Shown here: positions 1 to 7,726 of the stretch, piece by piece
How the letters are laid out: every line of letters starts with the position of its first letter
Position numbering within the stretch: position 1 is the stretch's first letter
DNA from: Roseibium sp.
Lineage (GTDB): Bacteria; Pseudomonadota; Alphaproteobacteria; Rhizobiales; Stappiaceae
DNA: 32,000 nt
Assembly: GCA_017643215.1 (NCBI GenBank)
Contig: JAEPNV010000011.1
Span: 142,313-174,312, forward strand
Direction: 5' to 3'
Made by a program: the position numbers and the translations under genes
Notes under the pieces: generated by a model
Told to the model about the DNA's origin: nothing
Databases searched by the model: none
The model's input: only the letters and a program-made list of their open reading frames with translations

Positions 1-64
1 GCTGGAATACATCAAGGCCGGCGGGATTCTGCACTATGTTCTGAGGAATCTGGTGACGAACTGA
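1..64 (+). CDS. 3' end of an unidentified CDS truncated by the window edge
   Basis: Frame 2 is open from the window edge to TGA at 62-64 (...LEYIKAGGILHYVLRNLVTN*). A strong intrinsic terminator follows at 129-156. Too short for a family call. Confidence 0.4.
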   Translation, partial: LEYIKAGGILHYVLRNLVTN

Positions 65-128
65 GGTCTTTGGCGCGCGGGAGGGCTTTTGCCTTTTCCG
101 GGACTTGCAGAAGAATTCGGAAATTTCA

Positions 129-156
129 GCGGGCCCTTTGGGGCCCGTTTTCTTTC
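129..156 (+). terminator. Rho-independent terminator
   Basis: Perfect stem CGGGCCC (130-136) / GGGCCCG (141-147) with loop TTTG, followed by TTTTCTTT (148-155). Confidence 0.7.
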
Positions 157-193
157 GGTTGCTCGTCTCGATCGTGGCAAAGCAATCACTGTC

Positions 194-222
194 TTGCGAT
201 TGGGGCAAAAATGTCCTATTTT
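194..222 (+). promoter_or_regulatory. Candidate sigma70-type promoter for hicAB
   Basis: TTGCGA (194-199), a 17-nt spacer, then TATTTT (217-222), about 20 nt upstream of the hicA ATG at 243. Pattern match only. Confidence 0.3.
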
Positions 223-242
223 TGAACCTGAGCTTGGCTGTC

Positions 243-436
243 ATGCCAATCCGAACCCAATTCATTCGCGATCTTCGAAAGCAGGCCCCGCCGCTTGGGC
301 TGAAGATTGTCGTGGATACGAAGAAGGGCAAGGGCAGTCACTACCGGGTGGCGGTCGGCGGCAAGAAACAACGGTCCCGGAGAAGATCACGCCTTTGATG
401 GCGAAGATCATCCGTAAACAGCTCGGGCTCGACTGA
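243..436 (+). pseudogene. hicA: HicA-family toxin (mRNA interferase), disrupted by a frame shift near 366-372
   Basis: The N-terminal part in frame 3 reads MPIRTQFIRDLRKQAPPLGLKIVVDTKKGKGSHYRVAVGGKK and contains the HicA KGSH motif. The typical HicA C-terminus TTVPEKITPLMAKIIRKQLGLD* is in frame 2. Frame 3 itself stops at 396-398. The gene lies directly upstream of hicB. Confidence 0.6.
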
Positions 437-446
437 TCGGCAGGAT

Positions 447-899
447 ATGATCATGGCCACCACGTTTTACGCAGAGTTGATCCCTGATCCAAATGGTGGG
501 TTCGTCGTCAGCTTTCCCGACGTGCCGGAGGCGATCACGGGTAGCGGCACCCGCGCTGAGGCGCTCGAAATGGCCGCCGACGCTCTGACGGTGGCCTTGC
601 TCGGGCGGTTGGACGACGGGCGGTCGTTGCCCGAGCCTGAAACCAAATCCAAATCGCTGGTGCCGGTAACCGTTCCGGCTCAGTTCGCGGCCAAGATCGC
701 TCTGATCGAAGCCTTTCGCGCCGCGCAGGCCACCGATCCAGGTATGAGCCAGAGTGACCTCGCCCGGCGCCTTGATGTCGATCACAAGGAAATCCGCCGG
801 CGTCTTGACCCCAACCACAAAACCAAGCTGCCCGCCTTGGAAGAAACGCTTAAAGCCCTGGGCAAGCGACTGATAATTCGCGTCGAGGATGCTGCTTAA
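447..899 (+). CDS. hicB: HicB-family antitoxin with C-terminal HTH region
   Basis: 150-aa ORF. The N-terminus TFYAELIPDPNGGFVVSFPDVPEAITGSGTRAEALEMAADAL is HicB-like. The central MSQSDLARRLDVDHKEIRRRL looks like an HTH. The start may be the second ATG at 453, which lies 7 nt after AGGA at 442-445. Confidence 0.8.
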   Translation: MIMATTFYAELIPDPNGGFVVSFPDVPEAITGSGTRAEALEMAADALTVALLGRLDDGRSLPEPETKSKSLVPVTVPAQFAAKIALIEAFRAAQATDPGMSQSDLARRLDVDHKEIRRRLDPNHKTKLPALEETLKALGKRLIIRVEDAA

Positions 900-950
900 A
901 GACACTATTTGCCGCGATTGACATTGTCCGTTTTCGAGTTGCCGGTATGG

Positions 951-972
951 ATTGCAGGGTCGGCCCTGCAAT
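951..972. other. GC hairpin between convergent hicB and the BASS transporter gene
   Basis: ATTGCAGGG (951-959), loop TCGG, CCCTGCAAT (964-972), giving a perfect 9-bp stem. There is no U-tract on either strand, so terminator function is uncertain. Confidence 0.35.
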
Positions 973-1010
973 GACGGATGTGGCGGACAGGCGTACCGTT
1001 CTCCTCCAAT

Positions 1011-1044
1011 CGTCTTGCCATGACTTGATCATGGCATCCATTCC
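1011..1044. repeat. REP-like palindromic element (GTCATGCC-hairpin-ATCCATTCC family)
   Basis: CGTCTTGCCATGACTTGATCATGGCATCCATTCC. The stem is GCCATGA (1017-1023) / TCATGGC (1029-1035). It is near-identical in layout and sequence to the copy at 4109-4142. Confidence 0.6.
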
Positions 1045-1096
1045 GTGGTGTTGCTACCAACGAAACAAGTGGTTCCTGAAATGGCCTTTGACCTGC

Positions 1097-1978
1097 TCAC
1101 AGCAAACTGTCCGGGATCTTTTGTTCGGCGGCCGTGTTCGCCCGGCGGAAGAGGAGCGTGACGAGCGTCGACGTCATGACGATGAACAGCGAATAGAGCG
1201 CGCCGACCGCCATGATCGACTGCTGCTCCTCGCCGGGAAAGGTGAGCACGATGATCGCGATCGCAAGCGGGGCGTTCTGGATCCCGGTTTCCAGCGCGAT
1301 GGTGCGCACGCCGCGCGGATGCAGTCGCAAGGAACGGGCAAACAGGTACCCGACCGTGATACCAAACACGCCGAGCATGATCGCCGCGAAATAGGTGGCC
1401 GGCGCGGTCGTCATCAGAAACTGCCAGTTCCGCGGCACCCAGGAAAGCGCGATGAAGGCGATGAAAAACAGCGCCAGCGCCGAGCCGAAGAATTCGGTCA
1501 CCGCGCCCGCATTGGCGTTGACCTTGCGCAGCGTCATGCCGATTGCCACCGGGATCAAAAGGATCACCAGCGTCGCGATGATGTTTTCGCGCGGGATCTG
1601 AAGGTCGAGCGCCGAGGCGTAGAGCAGGAGCACCAAGGGGATCAGGATGACGCCGAACACCGTCGAGGTCACCGTCATCAGCACCGACAGCGCCAGATTG
1701 CCCTTGGAAAAGTATGTGAAGATGTTGGAGGTCGTGCCGCCCGGCATGCACGAGACGATCAACAATCCGATCGCGATCGGCTCCGGCAGGCCGAGCGCAA
1801 GGGTCATGGCAAACCCGATCAAGGGCATGAAGCCGTATTGCGAGACGACGCCGATGCCAAGCCCGTGCGGCCGGCGCAGGGCAAGGTAAAAATCGCGCGG
1901 GGTCAGCGAGGCGCCCATGCCCAACATGATGACGAAGATCATCGCGGCCAAAAGCGCCTGCTCAAACGGTCCGACCAT
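1097..1978 (-). CDS. Bile acid:sodium symporter (BASS/SBF) family transporter
   Basis: 293-aa polytopic membrane protein. It carries BASS-like segments (GLLIVSCMPGGTTSNIFTYFSKGNLALSV, ALETGIQNAPLAIAI). The ATG lies 3 nt after the stop of the upstream CoA ligase, with a GGAG inside that gene's 3' end. Confidence 0.8.
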   Translation of the reverse strand: MVGPFEQALLAAMIFVIMLGMGASLTPRDFYLALRRPHGLGIGVVSQYGFMPLIGFAMTLALGLPEPIAIGLLIVSCMPGGTTSNIFTYFSKGNLALSVLMTVTSTVFGVILIPLVLLLYASALDLQIPRENIIATLVILLIPVAIGMTLRKVNANAGAVTEFFGSALALFFIAFIALSWVPRNWQFLMTTAPATYFAAIMLGVFGITVGYLFARSLRLHPRGVRTIALETGIQNAPLAIAIIVLTFPGEEQQSIMAVGALYSLFIVMTSTLVTLLFRRANTAAEQKIPDSLL

Positions 1979-1981
1979 GGC

Positions 1982-3706
1982 TTACTCCGCTGCCAGCGCG
2001 CGCAGGTTTTCCGCGCGCAAATCTTTTCGCAAGATCTTGCCGACGTTCGATTTCGGCAGGTCATCGCGCATTTCCACGCGCTTGGGCACCTTGTAGGCGG
2101 TCAGATGTTCCTTGCAATGGGCGCGGATATCGGCCTGCGTCAGGGTCTTGTCCTTCAAGATGACGAAAGCCATCACCGCCTCGCCGGTCGCCTCGTCCGG
2201 GACACCGATCACGGCCGATTCCAGAATGCCGGGATGGCCGGCCAGGCAATCCTCGACTTCGTTGGGATAAACGTTGAAACCGGAGACCACCACCATGTCC
2301 TTCTTGCGGTCGACGATGGAAAAATACCCGTCCGCGTCCATCACGCCAATGTCGCCGGTCAGGAACCAGCCATCGGGCATGGCGGCCGCCGTTTCCTCCG
2401 GCTTGTTCCAGTAGCCCGCCATCACCTGGGGGCCCTTGACCGCGATTTCCCCGCGCTCGCCCTGCGGGACGGGAACCCCATTGTCGTCGACGCACCGCAT
2501 CCAGGTCGACGGCACCGGCACGCCGATCGATCCGTCCCGGGCCTTGCCGACCGGATTGAAACTGAGCACCGGGGAGGTTTCCGTAAGCCCGTAGCCCTGG
2601 ATGACCGGCCGGCCGGTGACCTCTTCCCAGCGCCGGGCGACGGCGGTCTGCAGCGCCATGCCGCCGGCTGAGGCCAGTTTCAGGTGCTTTGGCGGGCTGT
2701 CGAGAAACCAGGTTTCGTTGGTCAGGCCGTTGAACAGCGTGTTCACGCCGCTCATCCAGGTGATCTTGTAGTTCTCGAACGCCCGCTTGAGATTGGACAG
2801 CGGCCGGGGGCTCGGGATCAGGACGTTGCGCGCGCCCAGCCAGTAAAAGGCGAGCAAATTCACCGTGAATGCGAAGATGTGATACATCGGCAGCGCCGTC
2901 AGCGCGATTTCCTCGCCGCGTTCGATCGCCGGGATCATCTCCAGCGACTGCTCCATGTTGAGGATCAGGTTTTCGTGGGTCAGCATCGCCCCCTTGGCGA
3001 TGCCTGTCGTGCCGCCGGTGTATTGCAGGCAGGCGATGTCGCCGGGCGCAACGGTCTGATGATAGGTGTCGACCTCGATATGATCGCGTGCGCGGTGGGC
3101 CCGTCCGGCCTCCAGCGCGTCAGGAAACCGGATGTGCGGCACTTCGACTGGCCTGACGGACCGGTCCCAGTGTTTTTGCACCAGTCCGATGATCCGGCGC
3201 GGCCAGGTGGGCAGGAACTCGGCCACCTGCGTCACGATGATATTGGGGATCGGGTGGCCCCGGGTTGCGGCCGGGATCTTGTCGGCGAACATGTCGACGA
3301 TCACCAGCGCGTGCGGCTCCGCATCCTGGAACTGGCGCGCCATTTCCTCCGCCGTATAGAGCGGATTGACGTTGACCAGCACGCAGCCGGCCTTGAAGAC
3401 GCCGAAGGCGGCGACCGGAAAGGCCAGCCCGTTGGGCATTTGCAGGGCCACGCGGTCGCCCTGGGTCAGGCCCGCCACCTCGCGCAGGTAAACGGCGAAG
3501 GCATCCGACATCTCGTTGACCTCTTCGAAGGTCAGCGTTCCATTCATGCCGTTCGGCATACAGGCGGTGAAGGCCGGGGCTTTGCCATAGGTGTCGGACA
3601 CGGACCGCACCAGATCGCCGATGGTCCGGTATGAGGCGCTGTCGATCGTCGATCGCATGTCGGGACTGTAGAATGCGGTCCACGGACGGTCGTCTGCTGT
3701 CATCAT
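1982..3706 (-). CDS. Long-chain fatty acid-CoA ligase / AMP-dependent synthetase (FadD-like)
   Basis: 574-aa ORF with the AMP-binding motif LQYTGGTTGIAKGAMLTHENL and C-terminal TGDIGVMDADGYFSIVDRKKDMVVVSGFNVYPNEVE. Confidence 0.9.
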   Translation of the reverse strand: MMTADDRPWTAFYSPDMRSTIDSASYRTIGDLVRSVSDTYGKAPAFTACMPNGMNGTLTFEEVNEMSDAFAVYLREVAGLTQGDRVALQMPNGLAFPVAAFGVFKAGCVLVNVNPLYTAEEMARQFQDAEPHALVIVDMFADKIPAATRGHPIPNIIVTQVAEFLPTWPRRIIGLVQKHWDRSVRPVEVPHIRFPDALEAGRAHRARDHIEVDTYHQTVAPGDIACLQYTGGTTGIAKGAMLTHENLILNMEQSLEMIPAIERGEEIALTALPMYHIFAFTVNLLAFYWLGARNVLIPSPRPLSNLKRAFENYKITWMSGVNTLFNGLTNETWFLDSPPKHLKLASAGGMALQTAVARRWEEVTGRPVIQGYGLTETSPVLSFNPVGKARDGSIGVPVPSTWMRCVDDNGVPVPQGERGEIAVKGPQVMAGYWNKPEETAAAMPDGWFLTGDIGVMDADGYFSIVDRKKDMVVVSGFNVYPNEVEDCLAGHPGILESAVIGVPDEATGEAVMAFVILKDKTLTQADIRAHCKEHLTAYKVPKRVEMRDDLPKSNVGKILRKDLRAENLRALAAE

Positions 3707-4104
3707 CTCCCTCGGCCTGTCTTCCTGAATTGCCGCCGCGCATTAAGGCGCAGCGCCGCGCACAAGGAAAGGCACAAATCAGCGGTGGCGGTCACAATGG
3801 CACGGCTTTTCCGATCCGCGCCGGCAGATAGGTAGGGTTTTTTCACCCCGATGGCAGGCCGGCGGGGGAAATCCCCTTGCCTGCCGTGCTACGGCGAGCT
3901 TCGAATTTCCTAGTCGGGATTAGACAAGGCCGATGGCCGTGCCCGCTCCCACGGGACGTCATCCTGGGCGAGCCAAAGGCGCGACCCGGGACCGGCGAGC
4001 CACGGTGGCCGTGGCGGTTCCCCGGTCCCGCGCCTTGCGCCATGCCGCCCCGATCCCCGATCTCCGGCTCTGCCGGCATCCGGGAGGACGGCGGATCATT
4101 GCGA

Positions 4105-4227
4105 CCCTCGTCATGCCATGGCTCGACCATGGCATCCATTCCCTCTGCTTTCAAAACGACCCGCCTTTACCTGGGGCACCCTCGCGGTCTGGATCCCATG
4201 GTCAAGCCATGGGATGACGATCGAGGG
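4105..4227. repeat. Inverted pair of REP elements (BIME-like / MITE-like unit)
   Basis: Left copy: CCCTCGTCATGCCATGGCTCGACCATGGCATCCA at 4105-4138, with stem 4115-4121/4127-4133. Right copy in opposite orientation: TGGATCCCATGGTCAAGCCATGGGATGACGATCGAGGG at 4190-4227, with stem 4195-4201/4207-4213. The outer ends CCCTCG and CGAGGG are complementary. Confidence 0.55.
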
Positions 4228-4737
4228 TGGGGCGAGATCGCACCTTTCCCCGGCGCCTACGCCTCCTGACAAATCAAAAACGTTATCCACGCCCTGGTCG
4301 CTGGCCGTATACTTTGCCCGTTCTTTCCGCACGGGGCCGAGACCGGACCGTCCGGTCGCGGCGGCAGGAACCGGGTTTTGAGGTTTTTCAGAACGGCGTA
4401 ACGGACCGGCCTGAAGATCCGGTGACCGGCGACCCTGTTTGTCCCCGTGGGGTCTGGCACGGGCAGAACAAGCGGGCCGCGTCTCGTATCCGGCAACCGG
4501 TGCGCCACACCCCACGCACCGCGCGCAGAAACGAGAAAGGCGCAACAGCCGGTCATTTAAAGGGAACCAGAACCCGGGCAGGCGTTTGGCCGTGCCACCT
4601 CCCATCTTCCCATCGCGCACCCGGCACGCTCCGGGCGCCTGCCATCCCGTTTTTTCCATGAACGGGACATCGACCACCAAAACGCCGGGGAGAGATCCCG
4701 CGGCGCTGTTGGTGTTGCCCGTGCCCCCTCACCCCAT

Positions 4738-4772
4738 CCCTCTCCCCACTCCGCACATTCCGGGGGAGAGGG
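4738..4772. repeat. CCCTCTCCCC/GGGGAGAGGG hairpin repeat
   Basis: Perfect 10-bp arms at 4738-4747 and 4763-4772 with a 15-nt loop. Related copies lie at 5052-5074 and, in degenerate form, at 4889-4908. Confidence 0.6.
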
Positions 4773-4945
4773 AGCGCGGGCGGCGGGCGTTGTGCGCCAT
4801 GCGTGTGAAGCCGACAAATCCCGACGCTTTCGCGGCCGCACAACACCACATGCCTAGCGTCCGGCGTGACGGGGAGGCTCAAGACCATCACCTCGCCCCG
4901 CTGGGGAGAAGCCAGACTGCTGACAAACCAGCTTCTCTTCCGGCA

Positions 4946-4975
4946 GTCATGCTCGGGCCTGTCCCGAGCACCCAT
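4946..4975. repeat. REP-like element (GTCATGC-hairpin-ACCCAT)
   Basis: GTCATGCTCGGGCCTGTCCCGAGCACCCAT, with stem GCTCGGG (4951-4957) / CCCGAGC (4963-4969). Confidence 0.55.
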
Positions 4976-5051
4976 TACGCTTTGATTTTTATGGATCCTC
5001 GGACCCTTGTCCGACGATGACGACGGAAAACCGGGGAGTGTCATCAACCTC

Positions 5052-5074
5052 ACCTCTCGCCGCCGGGGAGAGGT
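5052..5074. repeat. ACCTCTC/GAGAGGT hairpin repeat abutting a GTCATGCC motif
   Basis: Arms at 5052-5058 and 5068-5074. GTCATGCC follows immediately at 5073-5080. Confidence 0.5.
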
Positions 5075-5257
5075 CATGCCGCGCCCTTTCAGTGTGGTTG
5101 CCCACTCTGCGTGCCGGAGCGAAAAGCCAATGATACCAGATTGATACATCGATACTCACGATCCAAACCGGACGGTAATGGGACAGACCCGGGCATGACG
5201 ACGAAATGATGAATTGGGTTGTCAACAGTCTGAGCGGCCCCGGACGACCGCGCATGC

Positions 5258-6397
5258 TCACCGGCGGACCTTGAGCGCGCCGGCCGCGAACGGAATGATC
5301 AGGGCAAGAACGGCGACCAATGCGAACGACGCCCGCAGTGACAGAACCTGACCGATAAATCCAAGTACCGGCGGGCCGAGCAGGTACGCGCCGTAGCCGA
5401 GCGTTGCCACAGCCGCGATGGCCGTTCCAGGTGACAGGACCGGGTCCGCGGCCGCCCGGGACATGGCGACCGGAAAGATGACCGCGTTGCCCAATCCCAT
5501 GATGGCGCAGCCGAGCCAAACCACCCAGATGTTTGCGCCCCAAACAATGAGAACCGTGCCGACAAAGGCGGCGCACCCGCTGATCCGAACCACTTTCACC
5601 GGCCCGAACCGGGCGATCAGTTGGTCGCCGGCAAGCCGCATCACGACCATTGCAATCGAAAAGATCGAAAAACCAATGACCGCGCGGGCGCTCGAAAAGC
5701 CGAGTTCCTCGATCTGGTAGATCGCCGCCCAGTCCGTCACCGCGCCCTCGGCGAGCGCCGACGCCAGCGCCATCAGGCCAACCAGCAAGAGCGCGCCCGT
5801 TGGGATGGCGAGAAACGGGGATTTCCCGGACCCAGGGCTGCGGCGGTCACTTGTCCAGCCAACGCGCGCGGCCGCGGTAAGCAAAACGCCCATCAGAGCA
5901 CCCCAAAGGGCGAAATGCACAAGAACGGACAGGTCGAGCCACAGCGCGCCAGCCCCGGCGGCCGCGCCAACCGCGGCGCCCAGGCTGTAGAGCCCGTGAT
6001 AGGACGACATCACCGGGCGCCCGAGCGCCTTTTCGACCTCCGCGCCCCAGCCGTTCATCGACACGTCCAGACCGCCGATACAGAACCCGGTCAAGAACGC
6101 GATCGGCACCATGAGCAAAACCGTGACGCCGACGCTGAGGACAACAAACATCGTCAACAGCCCGAACGCAAACAGTTTGGTGACCCGCACCGCGCCGAAC
6201 CGGTCCACCCAATGTCCGGTAAACGGAAACGCGACAAACGCACCGCTGGCCATCGCCAGAAGAATGAGACCGAATCCGGCTTCTTCAACGCCCAGCACCG
6301 CCTTGATGTCGCGGATCCGGGACGCCCAGGCGCCCAGGAACGTCCCGAACATGAAGAATATGGCCGCAACGGCGCGCCGGGCATGGACCACGTGCAT
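5258..6397 (-). CDS. MFS transporter
   Basis: 379-aa ORF with about 12 hydrophobic segments, Gly/Ala-rich helices and a typical MFS layout. No substrate call is possible. Confidence 0.8.
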   Translation of the reverse strand: MHVVHARRAVAAIFFMFGTFLGAWASRIRDIKAVLGVEEAGFGLILLAMASGAFVAFPFTGHWVDRFGAVRVTKLFAFGLLTMFVVLSVGVTVLLMVPIAFLTGFCIGGLDVSMNGWGAEVEKALGRPVMSSYHGLYSLGAAVGAAAGAGALWLDLSVLVHFALWGALMGVLLTAAARVGWTSDRRSPGSGKSPFLAIPTGALLLVGLMALASALAEGAVTDWAAIYQIEELGFSSARAVIGFSIFSIAMVVMRLAGDQLIARFGPVKVVRISGCAAFVGTVLIVWGANIWVVWLGCAIMGLGNAVIFPVAMSRAAADPVLSPGTAIAAVATLGYGAYLLGPPVLGFIGQVLSLRASFALVAVLALIIPFAAGALKVRR

Positions 6398-6554
6398 GGA
6401 GAACTCGAAAGCAATGAGGAAACCGGCCTGATGACAATTCAGACCGCGTGCCAGCCTAGAACCTCGCCCCCCTCATCGACAAGGCTTTCTGAACGTGCGC
6501 GCATCAGGACCGGCCATCTGCGGCACAAGTGTCACAGACCGCGCGATCCGAATG

Positions 6555-7547
6555 TCAGAAGATCTGGAAATTGCTGTTCGCGCCGGCGGTAAACGCCTGC
6601 TGCGCCTGTTCGAACACGCGCGCATAAACCTCGGCCGCCTCCTGGGCCGACTTGGACGCCTGCGCGCCACCTTGTTCATCACCCTCCTCATCGGCTTCGC
6701 CGGCTCCCGCAGTTGGCACCTCGGTGCCCCCCGCCGATTGCGTCGTTGTGCCGTCTTCGTTGTCGCCCTGTAGCTCCTCCGCCTTTTTCTGGCGGGCTTC
6801 GGCCTGGGCGGCGGACAGTTGCGCGCGGGCCTGCTGTGCGACCCGCAGGTCCTGCGAGGAAGGCTCGGCAGGCGCAAGCGCGGCGCGGATAACGATCTGC
6901 ATCTTTCGGATCGTCGCCTCGGGCGTGCGCTCGGTCGATGTGTCGATCTGCACTTCGCCGCCGACCGCATAGCGCTTTCCGTCCGGCCCCTGCTGGAACG
7001 TGTAGCTGGGCGCGCTGGCGTAAGGACCGCCGACACGGGCATGGGCCTGTTCATGCGCCCGGACCTCCTGGTCCCGCTGCCGCAGCTTTTCGACCTGTTT
7101 TTCTTCCGCTTCGGTCAGCCCGTCGCCATCCGGATCCTCTTTTTTCTGGCCGGCCTGTCGCGTGGATTGTTGACCCGTTGAAGCGGCACCTTGATTGTCC
7201 GCCCCTGCCGCATCGTTCTGCGCCGGCGAACCTTCGCCGCGCGGTTGACCGGTACTGTCGTCGCCCGAAGCATCATCGGCAGGCGAGCGGGCGCCAGCCG
7301 CTTCCGGACGTTTTTGAGAGGATGGCTGGGCTTCGCTGCCGGTTTGAAGCGCGACGATCGCTTCCCCGCTTAATGGGCTGGTGCCGCCCGACCGGCGGGC
7401 CACAGCCTGGGCGGCCACGGCCGATTCGCGCGCACGCGTTTCGCCCCGCCCGAGCACCTGCTCGTCGGCTTGCGTGCGGCTCTCGACGGCAGGCGCACTG
7501 CCTCGCAGGCCGCTGACCGGGGGGTTGGTCAGAAGCGTGCTGATCAT
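6555..7547 (-). CDS. SprA-related family protein (putative HExxH metalloprotease, CJM1_0395-like)
   Basis: 330-aa ORF. The conserved core reads EKQVEKLRQRDQEVRAHEQAHARVGGPYASAPSYTFQQGPDGKRYAVGGEVQIDTS, with HEQAH encoded at 7041-7055. The flanks are low-complexity and rich in Ala, Gln, Glu, Asp and Gly. Confidence 0.7.
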   Translation of the reverse strand: MISTLLTNPPVSGLRGSAPAVESRTQADEQVLGRGETRARESAVAAQAVARRSGGTSPLSGEAIVALQTGSEAQPSSQKRPEAAGARSPADDASGDDSTGQPRGEGSPAQNDAAGADNQGAASTGQQSTRQAGQKKEDPDGDGLTEAEEKQVEKLRQRDQEVRAHEQAHARVGGPYASAPSYTFQQGPDGKRYAVGGEVQIDTSTERTPEATIRKMQIVIRAALAPAEPSSQDLRVAQQARAQLSAAQAEARQKKAEELQGDNEDGTTTQSAGGTEVPTAGAGEADEEGDEQGGAQASKSAQEAAEVYARVFEQAQQAFTAGANSNFQIF

Positions 7548-7726
7548 GAAGGCAAAATACCGCCGCCCGCGCTATCAAAGCGTTAACGCGATTTAAACCC
7601 TTCGATCAGATCCGCGTGAACGCCATCTGAACCGATCAAGGGGTGCCGTTCGCGGGTCCGTTTTCATCCGCACCAAAACGCTTTAGGTTCCGGCCAAACC
7701 ATTTCCGATTTAAAGGGATCTGACAC

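Larger units (their letters stand above)
3843..5257. repeat. Gene-less spacer densely populated by REP-like palindromes of at least two families
   Basis: No ORF here has protein-like composition. Several hairpin repeats are present (listed separately below), together with degenerate copies at 3958-3995, 4686-4694, 4889-4908 and 5173-5199. Confidence 0.6.

Noticed and set aside
89-242. Upstream extensions of the hicA frames (ORFs starting at 89 and 105)
   Set aside because: They run through the terminator at 129-156 and the putative promoter. HicA similarity begins only at the ATG at 243.
360-373. Programmed -1 ribosomal frameshift in hicA
   Set aside because: There is no canonical X XXY YYZ slippery heptamer and no obvious downstream stimulatory structure. 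A simple indel is the more parsimonious explanation.
947-2671. 574-aa ORF on the plus strand
   Set aside because: It is antisense to the well-supported BASS and FadD-like genes. The product is extremely rich in Arg, His, Asp and Gln (RRHDDEQRIERADRHDR...), which is typical of a high-GC shadow ORF.
4395-4450. Possible cobalamin riboswitch on the minus strand (AACAGGG...CCGGTCACCGGATC...)
   Set aside because: It lacks the GGGAA, GGTGA and B12-box (CCCGC.ACTG) elements, and it lies more than 600 nt from the nearest downstream gene.
3843-5576. Multiple 90-200-aa ORFs on both strands within the fadD/MFS spacer
   Set aside because: Their translations are read-throughs of the palindromic repeats (VMPWLDHGIH, PLPTPHIPGERERG and similar). 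They are mutually overlapping and lack start signals.
5621-6592. 323-aa plus-strand ORF
   Set aside because: It is antisense to the MFS transporter. Its basic, low-complexity sequence shows it is a shadow ORF.
7583-7598. CtrA-box-like sequence TTAACGCGATTTAAAC in the sprA-like/creatininase spacer
   Set aside because: It reads either as TTAA-N6-TTAA (wrong spacing) or as TTAA-N7-TAAAC (one mismatch). It is a single occurrence not located upstream of the spike-like genes, so it cannot be distinguished from chance.
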